DNA from: Mobula hypostoma
Lineage: Eukaryota
Direction: 5' to 3'
Assembly: GCF_963921235.1 (NCBI RefSeq)
Contig: NC_086097.1
Span: forward strand, 138,758,001-138,822,000
DNA: 64,000 nucleotides
Below the pieces are notes generated by a model. It had not been told where the DNA came from. It worked only from the letters and a program-made list of their open reading frames with translations, and did no database searches. Positions 1-12,510 of this stretch are shown here, piece by piece. A program made the position numbers and the translations under genes. Each line of letters starts with the position of its first letter. Positions within the stretch are counted from its first letter, which is position 1.

Positions 1-159
1 GGGCCAGGGAGCCTACCTTGATATTCAGTGGATACAGGAGATATATTTGAGTGCAGAACATGCTTAGCTGTGAGCACTCTCCATGGGCTGCTGCAGAACC
101 CTGCACTGTGGTTAACTCCTGGTGGAGCTCCACCTTTCTCCAAGGGCAAGCAACTCACT

Positions 160-780
160 GATTGTCCCCGTCCGAGGTGTGACTGGTGGACAGTGCTGTA
201 TGTGGATTGTCCATGCCCGAGGTGTGACTGGTGGACAGTGCTGTATGTGGACTGTCCACACCTGAGGTAGGTACATTTGGGTAGGTATGTGGATTGTCCA
301 TGCCCGAGGTGTGACTGGAGGACAATGGTGTATGTGGATTGTCCATGCCCGAGGTGTGTCTGGTGGACAGTGCTGTATGTGGATTGTCCACGCCCGAGGT
401 GTGCCTGGTGGACAGTGCTGTATGTGGATTGTCCATGCCCGAGGTGTGACTGGTGGACAGTGCTGTATGTGGATTGTCCATGCCCGAGGTGTGACTGGTG
501 GACAGTGCTGTATGTGGACTGTCCACGCCTGAGGTAGGTACATTTGGGTAGGTATGTGGATTGTCCATGCCCGAGGTGTGACTGGAGGACAATGGTGTAT
601 GTGGATTGTCCACGCCCGAGGTGTGTCTGGTGGACAGTGCTGTATGTGGACTGTCCACCCCTGAGGTAGGTACATTTGGGTAGGTATGTGGATTGTCCAT
701 GCCCGAGGTGTGCCTGGTGGACAGTGCTGTATGTGGATTGTCCATGCCCGAGGTGTGCCTGGTGGACAGTGCTGTATGTG
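160..780. repeat. Minisatellite of 14 units (eleven 45-bp and three 42-bp variants) with higher-order structure
   Basis: Unit GATTGTCCATGCCCGAGGTGTGACTGGTGGACAGTGCTGTATGTG, plus the 42-bp variant GACTGTCCACNCCTGAGGTAGGTACATTTGGGTAGGTATGTG. Seen as 15-aa and 14-aa repeats in the ORF track. Confidence 0.95.
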
Positions 781-809
781 CACTATGCAGCTGTGGTGGT
801 TTGCAGTTT

Positions 810-1095
810 TTATTTCACTGCCTCCTTTCACTCTTCTGTTTGCTTCTCTTTCTTTTTCTTTGCCACTTTCTGCCTTCTGCATTCTCCCCTCTCTGGTTGT
901 TGTATCTCCTCTTTCTTCTCTCTCTTTCTTTCTCTCACCTTCACTCTCTCTGTGCTCCTTTCTCCTCCTCCCTCTCCCTATGTCTCTCTTTCCTCTCACT
1001 CTATATTTCTCCCTCTCCCCTTCCTGTTCCTTCTCTCCTCCTTTCTCTCTCTTTCCCACGTCCTCCTGTCTTTAACACCCCCATCTCTTTCTGCT
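810..1095. repeat. Pyrimidine-rich (CT) low-complexity tract
   Basis: Almost all C/T on the + strand. Confidence 0.9.
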
Positions 1096-1748
1096 GCTCA
1101 GTTTAGTGGTGTCTATCACCAATTGTTACTCATTCTCTGCAAGGATATGAGAAAAGACAGAAGCAATGATACAGTAGTTCTGTAAATCTCAACACTGTGG
1201 TGCTGTTAGCCTTGGTATCTCTGTCCTGGCTGATGGTCAGCACTTTGTGAGTTAACTGCTCAGGGTTGGACATTGCTAAAGTTTTGGTTTTTCTACAGGA
1301 AATCTGTAACATCAAACCTGGGCGTGGCTGCAAGATCATCAAGGGGATTGCTTGGGGAGATTTTAGTTTCCCTGAGAGAAGGCATACCTGACCAGGAAGA
1401 ATAGAATTTAAATCTGGTGACAATACAAGGCTGAAGTGATGAAACATCAGACTGGCCGTGGTATTGTTGAACAGTGGGGCTCTGTTCCCAATCTGGACTC
1501 TGAGAACCACTAGGTCTTGGCACTTTGACCATCCCAGATTGGCCATGGTGGGAGGTGGTGAAATTTCAGTGATTTGGAGTGTTGAACCAGTAGAATGAGC
1601 TGTTAAACCTGGCAGCTCTCTGACTTTGTCCCCATTTGCCCCATGTCCTTGTTTCTCTTTCATTCCCTCTTTGTCTTCCAGTGTGATATCCAGCGTTATA
1701 GTTGGTGAGCAGTGTACAGTGAGAGTATTGTGCTTGGTCATTGTACGT

Positions 1749-1864
1749 ACACAGACAGACAGACAGACAGACAGAGGCCCACACACAGACACAGCCAGAC
1801 AGACAGACAGACAGACACACACACACGCAGACACACACACACACAGACACAGACAGACAGACAC

Positions 1865-1960
<96 letters not shown>
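1749..1960. repeat. Compound (ACAG)n/(AC)n microsatellite
   Basis: Direct reading. Confidence 0.97.
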
Positions 1961-1962
<2 letters not shown>

Positions 1963-2015
1963 TGTGTGTTCCTCTCCAATCTCATTGGGTTAATCTTCCC
2001 ATTACTACACTTCAG

Positions 2016-2108
2016 ATTATTTTTGCAGGAATTCACAGTTGATCTCCTTGTATCGACCTTGGCCCTTCTCCCACTCACGACCCCAGGGCAGTGCAGGGGA
2101 CCTGGAGA
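2016..2108 (+). CDS. Candidate internal exon of an unidentified host gene (alternative acceptor at 2029)
   Basis: Acceptors ...cacttcag|2016 and ...tttttgcag|2029; strong donor GA|gtgagt at 2108/2109. The 93-bp phase1-phase1 reading is open: (D)YFCRNSQLISLYRPWPFSHSRPQGSAGDLE. Protein not recognised. Confidence 0.35.
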
Positions 2109-2737
2109 GTGAGTTTTGAGCCCAGGGAGTGACTGAATTTTGCGTCAGTGGCCCATAGTACAATACCACCCTGACTGTGTGGCCATTAATTCCCCATGAT
2201 GAGCTCACAGACACACCAAGGCGTGTCTGTACCTGTGTTGAACCATGGTCAGTCTGCTGCATAAGACACCAAGCAGTGAGCTCCCAGGGTAATGACTGAC
2301 TGCCACCTCCTGATGTACAATAACCAGGTCGTGACAGTACACCACTCTGTGTGCATAATGCACCCCATCGAGCACCCATGTGGCAGTGTAACAGACTGTA
2401 CAGTGGTAGTACTACACCCAGTACACCTTGCAACCATCAGACAACACACTACACTCTCTCCCAACAGTGAGTCACAGAGTGATTGTACAGCGTACCCACG
2501 AGGGCATTACAGGGCCTGCAGGGATTGCGTTATGTAGTGAACCGTTTACAACGTACTGCAATGTCTATGGCAAGAGGACTTTGAATTAAAAGAGTCTTAA
2601 ATTGATATAAAACTGTTTTAACCATCACTGCATACTTTAATTTAACAAGCAGTTAGAGATGTGCAAGAATTTGAGTTATGTTTAAAAGAGATGCAATTGC
2701 GAAAAGTCTCTGATTGATGGCTCAACAAGTCAGGGAA

Positions 2738-2815
2738 GCTGCCTGACTTGCTGACTACCTCCAGCATTTTGTGTGTGTTGCTCGAAATTTACAGAAACTG
2801 CAGAATTTCTCTGAT
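2738..2815 (+). mobile_element. Penelope-type pseudo-LTR fragment (no ribozyme core)
   Basis: gctgcctgacttgctga..ctccagcattttgtgtgtgttgct matches the motif shared with 44095-44140 and 8620-8665. Confidence 0.65.
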
Positions 2816-3714
2816 TGTCGTCTGACAGCCACCACACTGCCATTAATTGAGCCTAAGGATACCTCCTGCAGTATCCTTCCTCACCTCCAACAGGCTTGTA
2901 CCGGGCCCTCAGATGGTTTAGACACTTGCTGGCTCGCAGGTCCAAACCATCTGAGCCTTTTGCTTTCCCGCTGACCTCCTCTGAGAGTTCGGTACGGGAG
3001 GCGCCCAGCTCTTGTGGTTGACCGCGGCTCGCAAACTTCACCAGCGCTGCGCGTGGGAGCGGGAGCGGAGATCCCGCAGCTGCTGCCCGTTTGCCATTGT
3101 TGTCGGCCACAAAGCACTTCCCACTAACCTCTCTTCAAGCGGCTGGACGAACACAAGACCCGATAATTTAATTATAAACTGTACCAAGTGCAGTATTTAT
3201 GGATGTGGCGAAATAAGAATGGAGGAAGGAGCAGTGTGGCAGAGGAACTGGCCAGCTCTCAGTATGTTTTAAATTACATAGCTCTGGCCCCTAGGAGGTG
3301 TGAGACATCTGGAAAGGAAACTAGTTTGTGTTTTCTAGTCTTTGGTGCTGGATGGAAAATTAATTCTCTTTTTGAAAACACAAGAGCAGCAGTCCAAGTT
3401 TTATTGCTCAACGTTAAATGGTTCTCCTGTATTTATGAGCTGTGGGTGTAGGCGGGGCGGCGGCTGGCAGAATTAGAATGTCAGTGGGAAAGGTTTTTGT
3501 TTTGAGAGTTCAGCTCTTTATCTGCCGAGGAACGCTGTGGAGATGATTCTGGAATGTTTGGTGGACGATCACGCTCAGTATTGTGTAATCTAAAGGGAGA
3601 GAGAGATGCCGTTTAGTTTTATCTGGCATAAGCACACCGAAACGTCGATTGCGTCAAATCAAAGCAGCAAAGATTGTCCGGGGGGTGGGAGTTGGGGGGG
3701 GTGGGGGGAATCGG

Positions 3715-3890
3715 CCTGCACGTGTTGCCACGCTCCTGGCGCCTACCCGTGCTCACAATTTACGAACTCTAACCGTGCAGCAACCCACATGATCAGTTCT
3801 TCAAAGGGCAGACGTACAAACTCCTTACAGGCAGCCTCGGGAATCAAACCACAATCAGTGATGGCTGGTGCTACAAAGCAATGGCACCGA
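3715..3890 (-). mobile_element. Decayed V-SINE-like element
   Basis: acgtacaaactccttacaggcagcctcgggaatcaaacc is the reverse complement of the B-box/core segment of the SINE at 31921-32205. Confidence 0.5.
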
Positions 3891-4229
3891 GTCGCCCCAA
3901 ATCTAGTGACCAAATTCATTGGGTCACTTTCTACTGGATGAGGACTTTGACACAATGAGACCGGACTGTAGCAGATTGCCACTGCCATCACGTTGATGTA
4001 ACAGCATCAGAAACGAAGTAGTAACTCAAAGTTCATCACGCCAGGCACGTTAATAATAAAATTTTTCCTGACTTTTTATGTAGTGTTTAATGCATTCAGA
4101 AGACTGTGGCCACTCGATAAAATTAGGAGCTAGGGATCCAAGTTCTCTGTACAATCACCTTAACCTGCACACCACTCACCCTCTCTCCCTATTAGCACTA
4201 ACTCTTACGGCACACTGCCTGTTGAGTGT

Positions 4230-5520
4230 ACAAAACGGAGAGGCTAATCCAAAAATATTCTATCGTCATGTTGGGGAGGGTGATCATCAGAGAGCAAGTG
4301 GAAGGCTACTCGTGTGTGCGACGGAGCACTGAGGGATGGGCTGAGAAGTTCACAGGGAGGGATTGGGTGCTGCTAGAAGAGGTAGTGGGTATCTGGAATG
4401 GGCTGCCAACTGATAGAGAAGACAGACTTGCCACACTTTGTATGTGTAAACCCCTGGCCTCTGATAGATTGCTGAGGGAAGGAAGGAAATTGCAGAGGGT
4501 CTCAAAGTTCAGGGCAAATTTATTATCAAAGTAAGTAGAAGTCACCATATACTACCCTGAGATAAGTTTTCTTGCAGGCATCCACAGTAGAACAACAAGT
4601 ACAATAGGATCAGTGAAAATCTACACCCAAAGACTGACAGATAACCAAAGCAAAAGAAGTCAAACTGTACAAAAAATGCAAATAATCGTCATAATAGATA
4701 AGTCTGACTGTAAACCAGCTATAGGTTCAGAACAGGAAAACTGTAAATGTTTAACCCTCAGTGGTGAGACAAAAAGTACGCACAGAAATAGCAGTTGCTT
4801 GGAGAAGTGCGGAACAATTGGAGAGAGCCCGCATGGAATTGTTAAAGGTTAACTGTATCCAAATCAGTCGGTGGAGTAATTTACAGAGAGGGTGGTGAGG
4901 CTACGTGGTTAGTGTGCTACATAGAGACTCCGAGAAGGCATTTAAAAAGGTGCCTCATTACTGGCTTGCCATTGAGATCGAAAGCCAGGGAATAAAAGGT
5001 GTGGGAGCCTCACAGAAAGCAGATACAAAATTAGCCCAGTACGTGGATTGGTAGTTTTCAGACTGTGGGGGAATAGATGGAGGAATGCTGCTTTTCTTAA
5101 TAAATATTAACCATTTCACCTTGGGCGTCCAGGGCACGATTCCCAAATCTGTAGATGATTCTACCTGGCTGCGTAGTGTACTGTGAAGAGTACAAGAGTA
5201 GACCAGGTTGGTGGGAAGGGGGAGAGGTGACGTGTTATGGTTTGGTAAGAAGGATGTGGAGAGTCTTGAACAAAATCCCGACAAGATAAAGAGCTGGTAA
5301 ATTAAAACTGAGGTACACAGAAATGACTTCTGGCTGAGGGCCGTGAATCTCTAGAATTGTCTGCCCTGGCAGATGCAGAAGTTGGATCATTACAAGTGTG
5401 TAAAGTGGAGGTGGATATGTGTTTCATAGGGGGACAGAGAAATATCACAGAAGACAAGTTGAGGCCAGCATTGATCAGCCATGATCATATTGAACAGTGG
5501 GGAAACTTGAGCAGCCACTT
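4230..5520 (+). mobile_element. Highly decayed CR1 fragments, with a Rex1-type 3' tail (4500-4700, - strand) embedded
   Basis: Remnants resembling DF.KAF..VP (~4925-4958), a KF.DD-like segment (~5140-5160) and the CR1 3' UTR (gatcagccatgatcatattgaa, ~5470). Confidence 0.5.
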
Positions 5521-5621
5521 GTGTTCTTGTTAGGCACAGGAAACCGAAGGGCATGTCTGAAAGAGAGATTTGGTCTAAATAGGTAGAATTCCATTGAGAG
5601 TGGCAGGGCAAGTTGGAAAAA

Positions 5622-6030
5622 CAGTTCAAAGTTCAAAGTCATTTATTATCAAAGTATGTACAGTATATATAACCTTGAGATCCATCTCCTTCCAGGCAGC
5701 CACAAAACATAGAAACCCAAGAGAACCCATAAAAAAAGACCGTCAAACACCCAATGTGCAAAAACAAAGAAAACAAATTGTGCAAACAGTAAAAAGTAAG
5801 CAAATAATATTCAGAATTAAAGTTCACAAAAGTGAGTTCACAGCCACGAAGCCAGTCATCACTGCAGCAGGTCCAGGAGTCGGTTAGCTGCAGGCCACAG
5901 CCTCAGTTCAATGCAGAGACGAGTTAACCTCGCCGAGCAGCGGCCCAACCCTTGCCTCCGGCCCCAACACCCTGACTTTTTTGATCCGGCCTGATGCTTA
6001 AGTTGGCCAAACACAGCTTGTTCCTTGCTC
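5622..6030 (-). mobile_element. Non-coding element sharing the (TTTGAAC)n 3' tail of the Rex1-like LINEs
   Basis: gttcaaagttcaaagtcatttattatcaaagta... matches the tails at 9575 and 61710; the interior is GC-rich and non-coding. Confidence 0.55.
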
Positions 6031-6184
6031 TCAGACCACTTTGATACGCGTACGTTGTACAAGAGCAAGGGATTCATAATGAAGCTTTACTGCACACTGG
6101 TTCAGGCACAACTGGGAGACTGTGTCCAGTTCTGGGCACCACACATTAGGAAGATGTAGGAGAGGATGCAGAGGAGTTTGTGGA

Positions 6185-6905
6185 GGACCTGCACATGTTC
6201 GATGGATTAAATCCCTAAAGATCTGGGGCCAACATCCTCACAGGAAGGTTTGCGAGAGCTGTGTAGAAATCTAAACTAGCTTGTACATGAAGGTAGCAGT
6301 GGGCACACCAGGAGCCAGGGAATGAGATCTGGTGAAAGGGACATGAGGATGGGTCTGGAATGCAGGAAATTCAGGATGGGCAGATTCAGTCTGCATTAGA
6401 GGGAGCCACATAAATATCTAGAAGGAAAGCACTTGAAGGCTTCTGGGGAAGAGGGTAGGTGTTCTTACATAGAGTTGCTACAGGTTCAGTGAGCTGAACG
6501 GCTGTAACGGATTGATAAAAGATTCCATAGCCTGGAAAGCAAGCAGACATTTCTGTAGCTGCAGATGTGGTACCAGGGTGGTACGAAATGGACGGAGGAG
6601 GGAACAAGGTCTTGCGAGCAGAATCTTCAGAAGCTGGGGAAGAGTTTAGGCAGGGCACTGAAGGTGGTAATTCCACATTATCTTTGGGCTCCCTACCACT
6701 GGAAAACAGAACTATGAGTATGGTGCAGGTGAATGTGGGGCCGGGGAGGTAGAGGAGGAGGGAGGGCTTTGGATCCCTAGGGACTGGGTCTGGGCAAGTG
6801 GGGCCTGCAGGGGTTCATGGATTGAATGCCAGCAGAGCTGGGACTAATGTCCTCACAGGAAGGTTCAGCAGAGCTGCGGAGTGGTGTAACGCAACTGGGC
6901 ACCAG
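6185..6905 (+). mobile_element. Two decayed CR1 ORF1 (SGNH esterase) C-terminal fragments
   Basis: GANILTGRFARA..LN* (6228-6279) and GTNVLTGRFSRAA (~6840-6880) match the ORF1 end at 25623-25700. Confidence 0.6.
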
Positions 6906-7289
6906 GTGCTGGTATTGGAAAGCAGAAAGAAAGGGGAAAGCAGACCAGGAGAGCAAGAGAGAGAGAAGCAGAACTAAAGAAGAAATAGATCGTTTTCAGA
7001 CAGGACCGGAGTGACAGTCACTATGGCATGGTCTAAGATGGGTTAACAGTGCATTCCCATAATCACTGGAAGTGCACAAAGCAAAGTTGCTGAGGTGCAT
7101 TTACTTGCAATGTCATTGGCAGCAGCAAAGGCCGGACTAAAAAGGGCAAGAATGTGTTCTAAATACCTCAAATAGATGATCTGATCATCGTCCATTTGTT
7201 TGTGGAAGTTTATTGTGCATAAGTTTGCTGCACCATTTTGGAGTGAATAACCAAGTGGTTTGGACCATCCCGAGATGCTGAAGGGCATT

Positions 7290-9570
7290 GTACTCTTTAC
7301 ACTCTGCTTCTGAATTCAGTTAATTTGTCTTCTAGATAACCTGTTGCACCCGCAAACCAATATTCTGCGATTCATGCACAAGCACTCCAAAGCCCTCCTT
7401 GCACAATGGCACAGTGCCATTTTTCACCATTTAAATAATAATCTGATCTATTTACAAAATGAATGACTTGATTTTACCAACATTGTATTCCATCTGCCAG
7501 ACCCTTGCCCACTGACTTAACCTAACCATATCTCCCTGTAGACTCTCTGCAAACTGCACATTGCTTTTCCACTAAATTTAATGTCATCAGCAAACTTAGA
7601 TATGATAAACATGGCCCTCTCTTCCAAATTGTTAATGTCTGTCATGAACAGCTGAAGGCCCAGCGCCAAACCCTGTGGTACTCTGCTCACCATTGATTTC
7701 CAACTAGTTAAGCAACCATTTATCCAAACTCTCTGCCTTCTATTAGCCAACCAATCCTCTTTTTGGGCCAATACATTGTCCCAAATTCATATATCTTTAT
7801 CTCATGGCACCTTATTAAATGCTTTCCAGTAATCTAAATATACAGCATCTACCTTTTCCTCTCTATCCACTGCATGTAAGAACTCCAGTAGTTTGTTGTA
7901 CAGGATCTGCCCCCCTGAATCCATACTGTGTCTGCCTGGTGGAACCAATTCTATCCAAATCTTTTGCAATATCTTCCTTAATGATTGCTTTGAGCATTTT
8001 CCTGACTATAGACATTAAGCTAACCATCCAATAGCTACCTGTCCTCTGCATAAATCTATTAAATAGTGGTGTGATATTTGCTGTTTTCCAGTCTATCAGC
8101 CTATGCCCAGAGTCCAGAGAAATTTGGTAAATTATTACAAATGCCTCTATTTCTTACAGTAACCTGGGATACACTCCATCAGAACCAGGGGACATCTATC
8201 TTTAGGCCCATTAGTTTACTCAAGACTACATCTTTAGTGATAGCAATTGTATCGAGGTCCTCATGTGCTGTTGCATCCATAACATCTCTCTGAGGCATGT
8301 TGGACATGTAGTCCATTGTGAAGCTGACACAAAATAGTTGTTCAAAGCTTTGACTATTTCTGCATCACCCAAAATTAATTCTTCTTTCTCATTATATATT
8401 TACTTCCACTAAACTTTTCCGCTTTATGTAATTATGGAAGGTTTCACTTTTTTATATTCTGTGCTAGTTTACTGTCATAATCTATCTTCACTTTCTTTAT
8501 TGCTTGTTTACGATAAAGATGGAATCCAGTTCCCACCTGTTCTTAGTGACTTCGTATGCATGAGCTCTGGCGAAGAGTCTCGGCCCGAAACGTTGACTGT
8601 TTACTCTTTTCCATGAGACATTGCCTGGCCTGCTGAGTTCCTCCAGCAGTTTGTGTGTGTTGCTTGAACATGAGATGTAGAGTCCTTGGAAGCAAGTCCA
8701 TAGGTTGTTGGAACAGTTCAGTGATGGGGCAAGTGAAGTCGAATGAAGTTATCCCTTTTGGTTCAAGAGCCAGCTTCTGAAGATTTTCTCTTGTTTGTAT
8801 GCGTGAGTTTCTAGTTTGATGCTTGCCTTTGTTTCTTTGGCTTTTTGAAGGGTGGCTGTCTTGATCCTCAATGATTTTGCTTTTAACTGGAATATACGTT
8901 AGTTGAGCAATATGAAAAATCTTTGAAAGTTTTCCACTGTCCTTCATCTGCTCCACCATATAACGCCATCCTTCATCTGTTTGTAGTCTCCCTTGTTCAG
9001 GTATAATGCACTGGTTTTAGATCAAGTCTCTACTTGTATGAGAAATTCATTCACACTGTGATCACTCTTCCTGAACTATAACATCATTCATTTTACCTGT
9101 CTTACTGCTCAAGACCAGATTGAAGACAGCATGTTCCCTTGTACATTTTAACCCTGTGTTCAGGAAAGCTATCATACCTACACTCTGTGAAGTCCCCCTC
9201 AAGTCTGCCTCAACCAACTTGATTCACCCAATCTATATGCAAGCCAACGTCCCCCATGACAACTGCCATTCCATTTCTTGGTGTATTGCCCGTGTCTCTG
9301 TAATATTATCATTAGATGGCCTATATTCAACTATTCAACTCCTATCAGTGATTTTTCCCCCCTCCGTTGCTGTTCCTAATCTCTAGCCAGATTGATTCAA
9401 CATTCTGCACCTTAGATCTTATATCGTCTCTCACTGTTGCCCTGCTCTCATCCAGAATTAAAAGCATGGCCCCACTTCCCTTGCATTTTTGCCCATCATT
9501 ACCTGATACCCTGGATATTTACTTCCCAGTCATCTCCGTCCTGCAACCACTTTTCTGTAATGGCGACTAA
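7290..9570 (-). mobile_element. Decayed CR1 LINE ORF2, interrupted at 8565-8775
   Basis: ORF-track fragments WLANRRQRVWING, VPQGLALGLQLF, ISKFADDIK and QYGF; endonuclease remnants near 9250-9570. Confidence 0.85.
8565..8666 (+). mobile_element. Penelope pseudo-LTR fragment with degenerate hammerhead core
   Basis: ctggcga-agagtctcggccc-gaaacgttgactg followed by gcctggcctgctgagttcctccagcagtttgtgtgtgttgct. Confidence 0.75.
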
Positions 9571-9571
9571 A

Positions 9572-10555
9572 TCAAAAGTTCAAAGTAAACTTATTATATG
9601 TCACCACGTACAACCCTGAGCTTCGCTTCCTTGTGGGCATAATCAGTAAATTGAAGAACGTAATACAGCCAATGAAGGACCTTACCCAGCAGGGCGGACA
9701 AACGACCAACGTACAAGAGACAACGAAATGTGCAAATATAAAAGAGAATTAATAATAATAATAAATAAGCACTAACATGAACATGAGATGTAGGGTCCTT
9801 GGAACTGAGACAATAGGTTGTGGGAACAGTTCAGTGATGGGGCAAGTGAAATTGAATGAAGTTATCCCCTCCGGTTCAAGAGCCTGATGCTTGAGGGGTA
9901 TTAACTGTTCCTGAACCTGGTGGTGTGTGTCCTGAGGCACCTGTACCTTCTTCCTGATGGCAGCAACAAGAAGGGAGCATGACCTGGGTGATGGGGGTTC
10001 CTGATAATGGATGCTGCTTTCCTGTGACAGTGCTAGTGCTCAGTGTAGGCATGCTCAATGGTGGGGAGGGCTTTACCTGTGATGGACTGGGTCGTGTTCA
10101 CTACTTTTTGTAAGATTTTCTGTTTAAGGGTATTGGTGTTCCCATACCAGGCTGAAGTGCAACCTGTCAGTATAGTCTTCACCACACATCTACAGAAGTT
10201 TACCAAAGTATTAGAAATCGTGCTGAATCTTCGCAAACTCCTAAGGAAGTAGAGGTGCTGCCGTACTTCTTCATAATTGCACTTTCGTACGTGGACCAGG
10301 ACAGGTCCTCTGAAATGAAAACACAGAGCAATTTAAAGTTGCTGACCCTCCCCACCTTTGATCACCCGATGGCGACTGGTTCATGCATCTGGTTTCCTCC
10401 TCCTGCAGTCAATAATCAGCTCCTTGGTCTTGCCGACACTGAGTGAGAGATGGTTGTTGCAGCACCACTCAGCCAGATTTTCATTCTCTCTCCTATACGC
10501 TGATTCGTCACCACCTTTGATTTGGCCAACCACAGTGGTGTCACCAGCAACCTTT
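9572..10555 (-). mobile_element. Rex1/Babar-like LINE, 5'-truncated and decayed
   Basis: DTTVVGQIKGGDESAYRRE..LAEWCCNNHLSLSVGKTKELIID and ILTGCTSAWYGN..LQKVVNTTQSITG are typical of the Rex1 RT C-terminal region; 3' UTR and tail at 9572-9850. Confidence 0.85.
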
Positions 10556-11394
10556 ACCCCTTTGTAATGACTTGTGCCACAAGTTCTCTGAGCATTTCCA
10601 ACTGGAAGAGATTCCCAGCTCTGCATCTTCAGGGCCAGGAGACAGGTAAATATTTGGAGAGTGTTGCTGTTTGTGCAGGTTACTTGGTTACCCCCAGGAC
10701 AGTGGATGTGCCACAGGGGATATTGTAAAGTTCAGGATGCGTGAGATGATGAAACAGTGTTACGCATTAGCAAACTATCCTGATGGAAAGTCCTTTGCTT
10801 ATTTGGTCAGACTTGTCTCCTAGTGGTTCTTGCCCTAGATTTGTAATCGTTCACTTCTACTGAAATAGTGATACAGATTGATTTCCTTTACCAACAGCAT
10901 GAACGACAGTTACATGTATCAATCACAGAGGGGAGAGCTCGGCTGGTGCACCAGCTCCCCGATCATGTGTGCTGTCTTGCAGGAGTTAAGCTTGTAGTGT
11001 ACCCCAGGACATTAAAACAATTGGAGAGCTTACTGCTTGTTCCCGCCTGCCTCTGAACTGCTGTGGTGAGTCTTTCATATGCTTAAAATGTGCAGATCAA
11101 GTAGACAGATAGCCTAATGAAAGCCTCACTGGGTAAAACACAAGCCTTTTACATTGCTAACCCACTGTTAAAACCCTACCCTCAATTGCCAGATTCCTAC
11201 AGCTTTCCTCTTGGGCAGGAGGTCTACCTTGTACTTTGCTCGTGCATGCATATAATTTAGCTCGTCTTTCAGAAGTCCTGATTCCTTGCAGCTGTTAGCC
11301 CACGCAGCTGTGGTCTGATCCAGCTGCCGCACTGACTCTGGGAGTGGGAGAATGGAGTCGGCCGCTGGGCTCAGTCTCCATGTCCTCACACTCT

Positions 11395-12510
11395 TAGTGT
11401 GGTATAGCACAGGATCAGGCCCTTCAGCCCAGCTTGTTCATACTGACCAAGTTGCCTCGCTGATCTACTCCCACTTGTGTTCTCCCATCTGCGTGCCTGC
11501 ATTTGGCCCGTATCCCTCCAACCCTTTGCTATCCATGTACATGCTTTTCAAGTGTTTCATTGTACCCATATCTACCCCTTCCTCTGGCAGCTCCTGCCAT
11601 ATACCTACCACCATTCGTGTGAAAAAGTTGTCCATCAGGTTCCCTTAAATTTTATCCTCTCACCTAAAAACTATGCCAGCTAGCTTTATACTCCCCTACC
11701 TGGGGGAAAAAGACCGACTTTTATCCATGACCCTCATGATTTTATAAACCTCCAGAAGGTCGCCTCTCAGCTCCCTTCATTTCCTGGAACACAGTCCCAG
11801 CCTATCAGCCTCTCCTTACAACTAAAGCCCCCCACTCATTGTGAAGTTTTTCTGCATCCTTTCCAACTTGAAGACACCCTTCCTAAAGCTAGGTGACCAG
11901 AATTGCACACAATACTTCGGCTGCGATCTCACCAGCATCTTGTACAGTTGTAACATGACATCCCAACTCTTGCACTCAGTGCTTTGGCCGATGAAGGCAG
12001 GTGTGTCAGATCCAGTCTTCTCCACCCTGTCTACCTTCAAGGAACTATGTACTGTACCCCCAGCTCTCTTCTTCAATGTTCTCCAGGGCCTTGCCTTTTG
12101 CTGTACAAGTCCTGCAGTGAGTTAATGTAGTAAATGCAACACTCCACACTTGTCTGGGTTTAGTTCCATCTGCCATTCTTTGGCTCACTTTCTCATTTGA
12201 TCTATTTTGCTGATGTAACCTTAGAAACCTTCTTCACTGTTGAGTATACCCTTAATTTTGGTGTCATCTGGAATCTTACTAACCCTAAATGTTCTCATCC
12301 AAATTGTAACACAGATGCTGAACAATGGGAGACCCACCACCAGTCCCTGTGACACACCACTGATTATAGGGCTCTAATTTGAAAGCAACTCTCCACTCGC
12401 ACTCTGACTCTTACCACCAAGCTAAGTTTTGCACCCAGTTGGCTTGTTCATGCTAGATCCCATGTAAAATCGTCTTCTGGGCTAACCTACTGGGGGGACC
12501 TTGTCAGATT
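11395..12510 (-). mobile_element. Decayed CR1 3' portion
   Basis: MLQLYKMLVRSQPKYCVQFWSP; CR1 3' UTR near 11400-11530. Confidence 0.85.

Noticed and set aside
28..1185. Long Cys/His/Trp-rich ORFs (e.g. 112..1059, 315 aa)
   Set aside because: Products of a triplet-multiple minisatellite plus a CT-rich tract; open on both strands with no domain signature.
1130..1954. 274-aa minus-strand ORF
   Set aside because: Begins in a (GT)n microsatellite and has no recognisable domain. The opposite strand near 1299-1390 reads EIC..GDFSFP like a decayed CR1 endonuclease piece.
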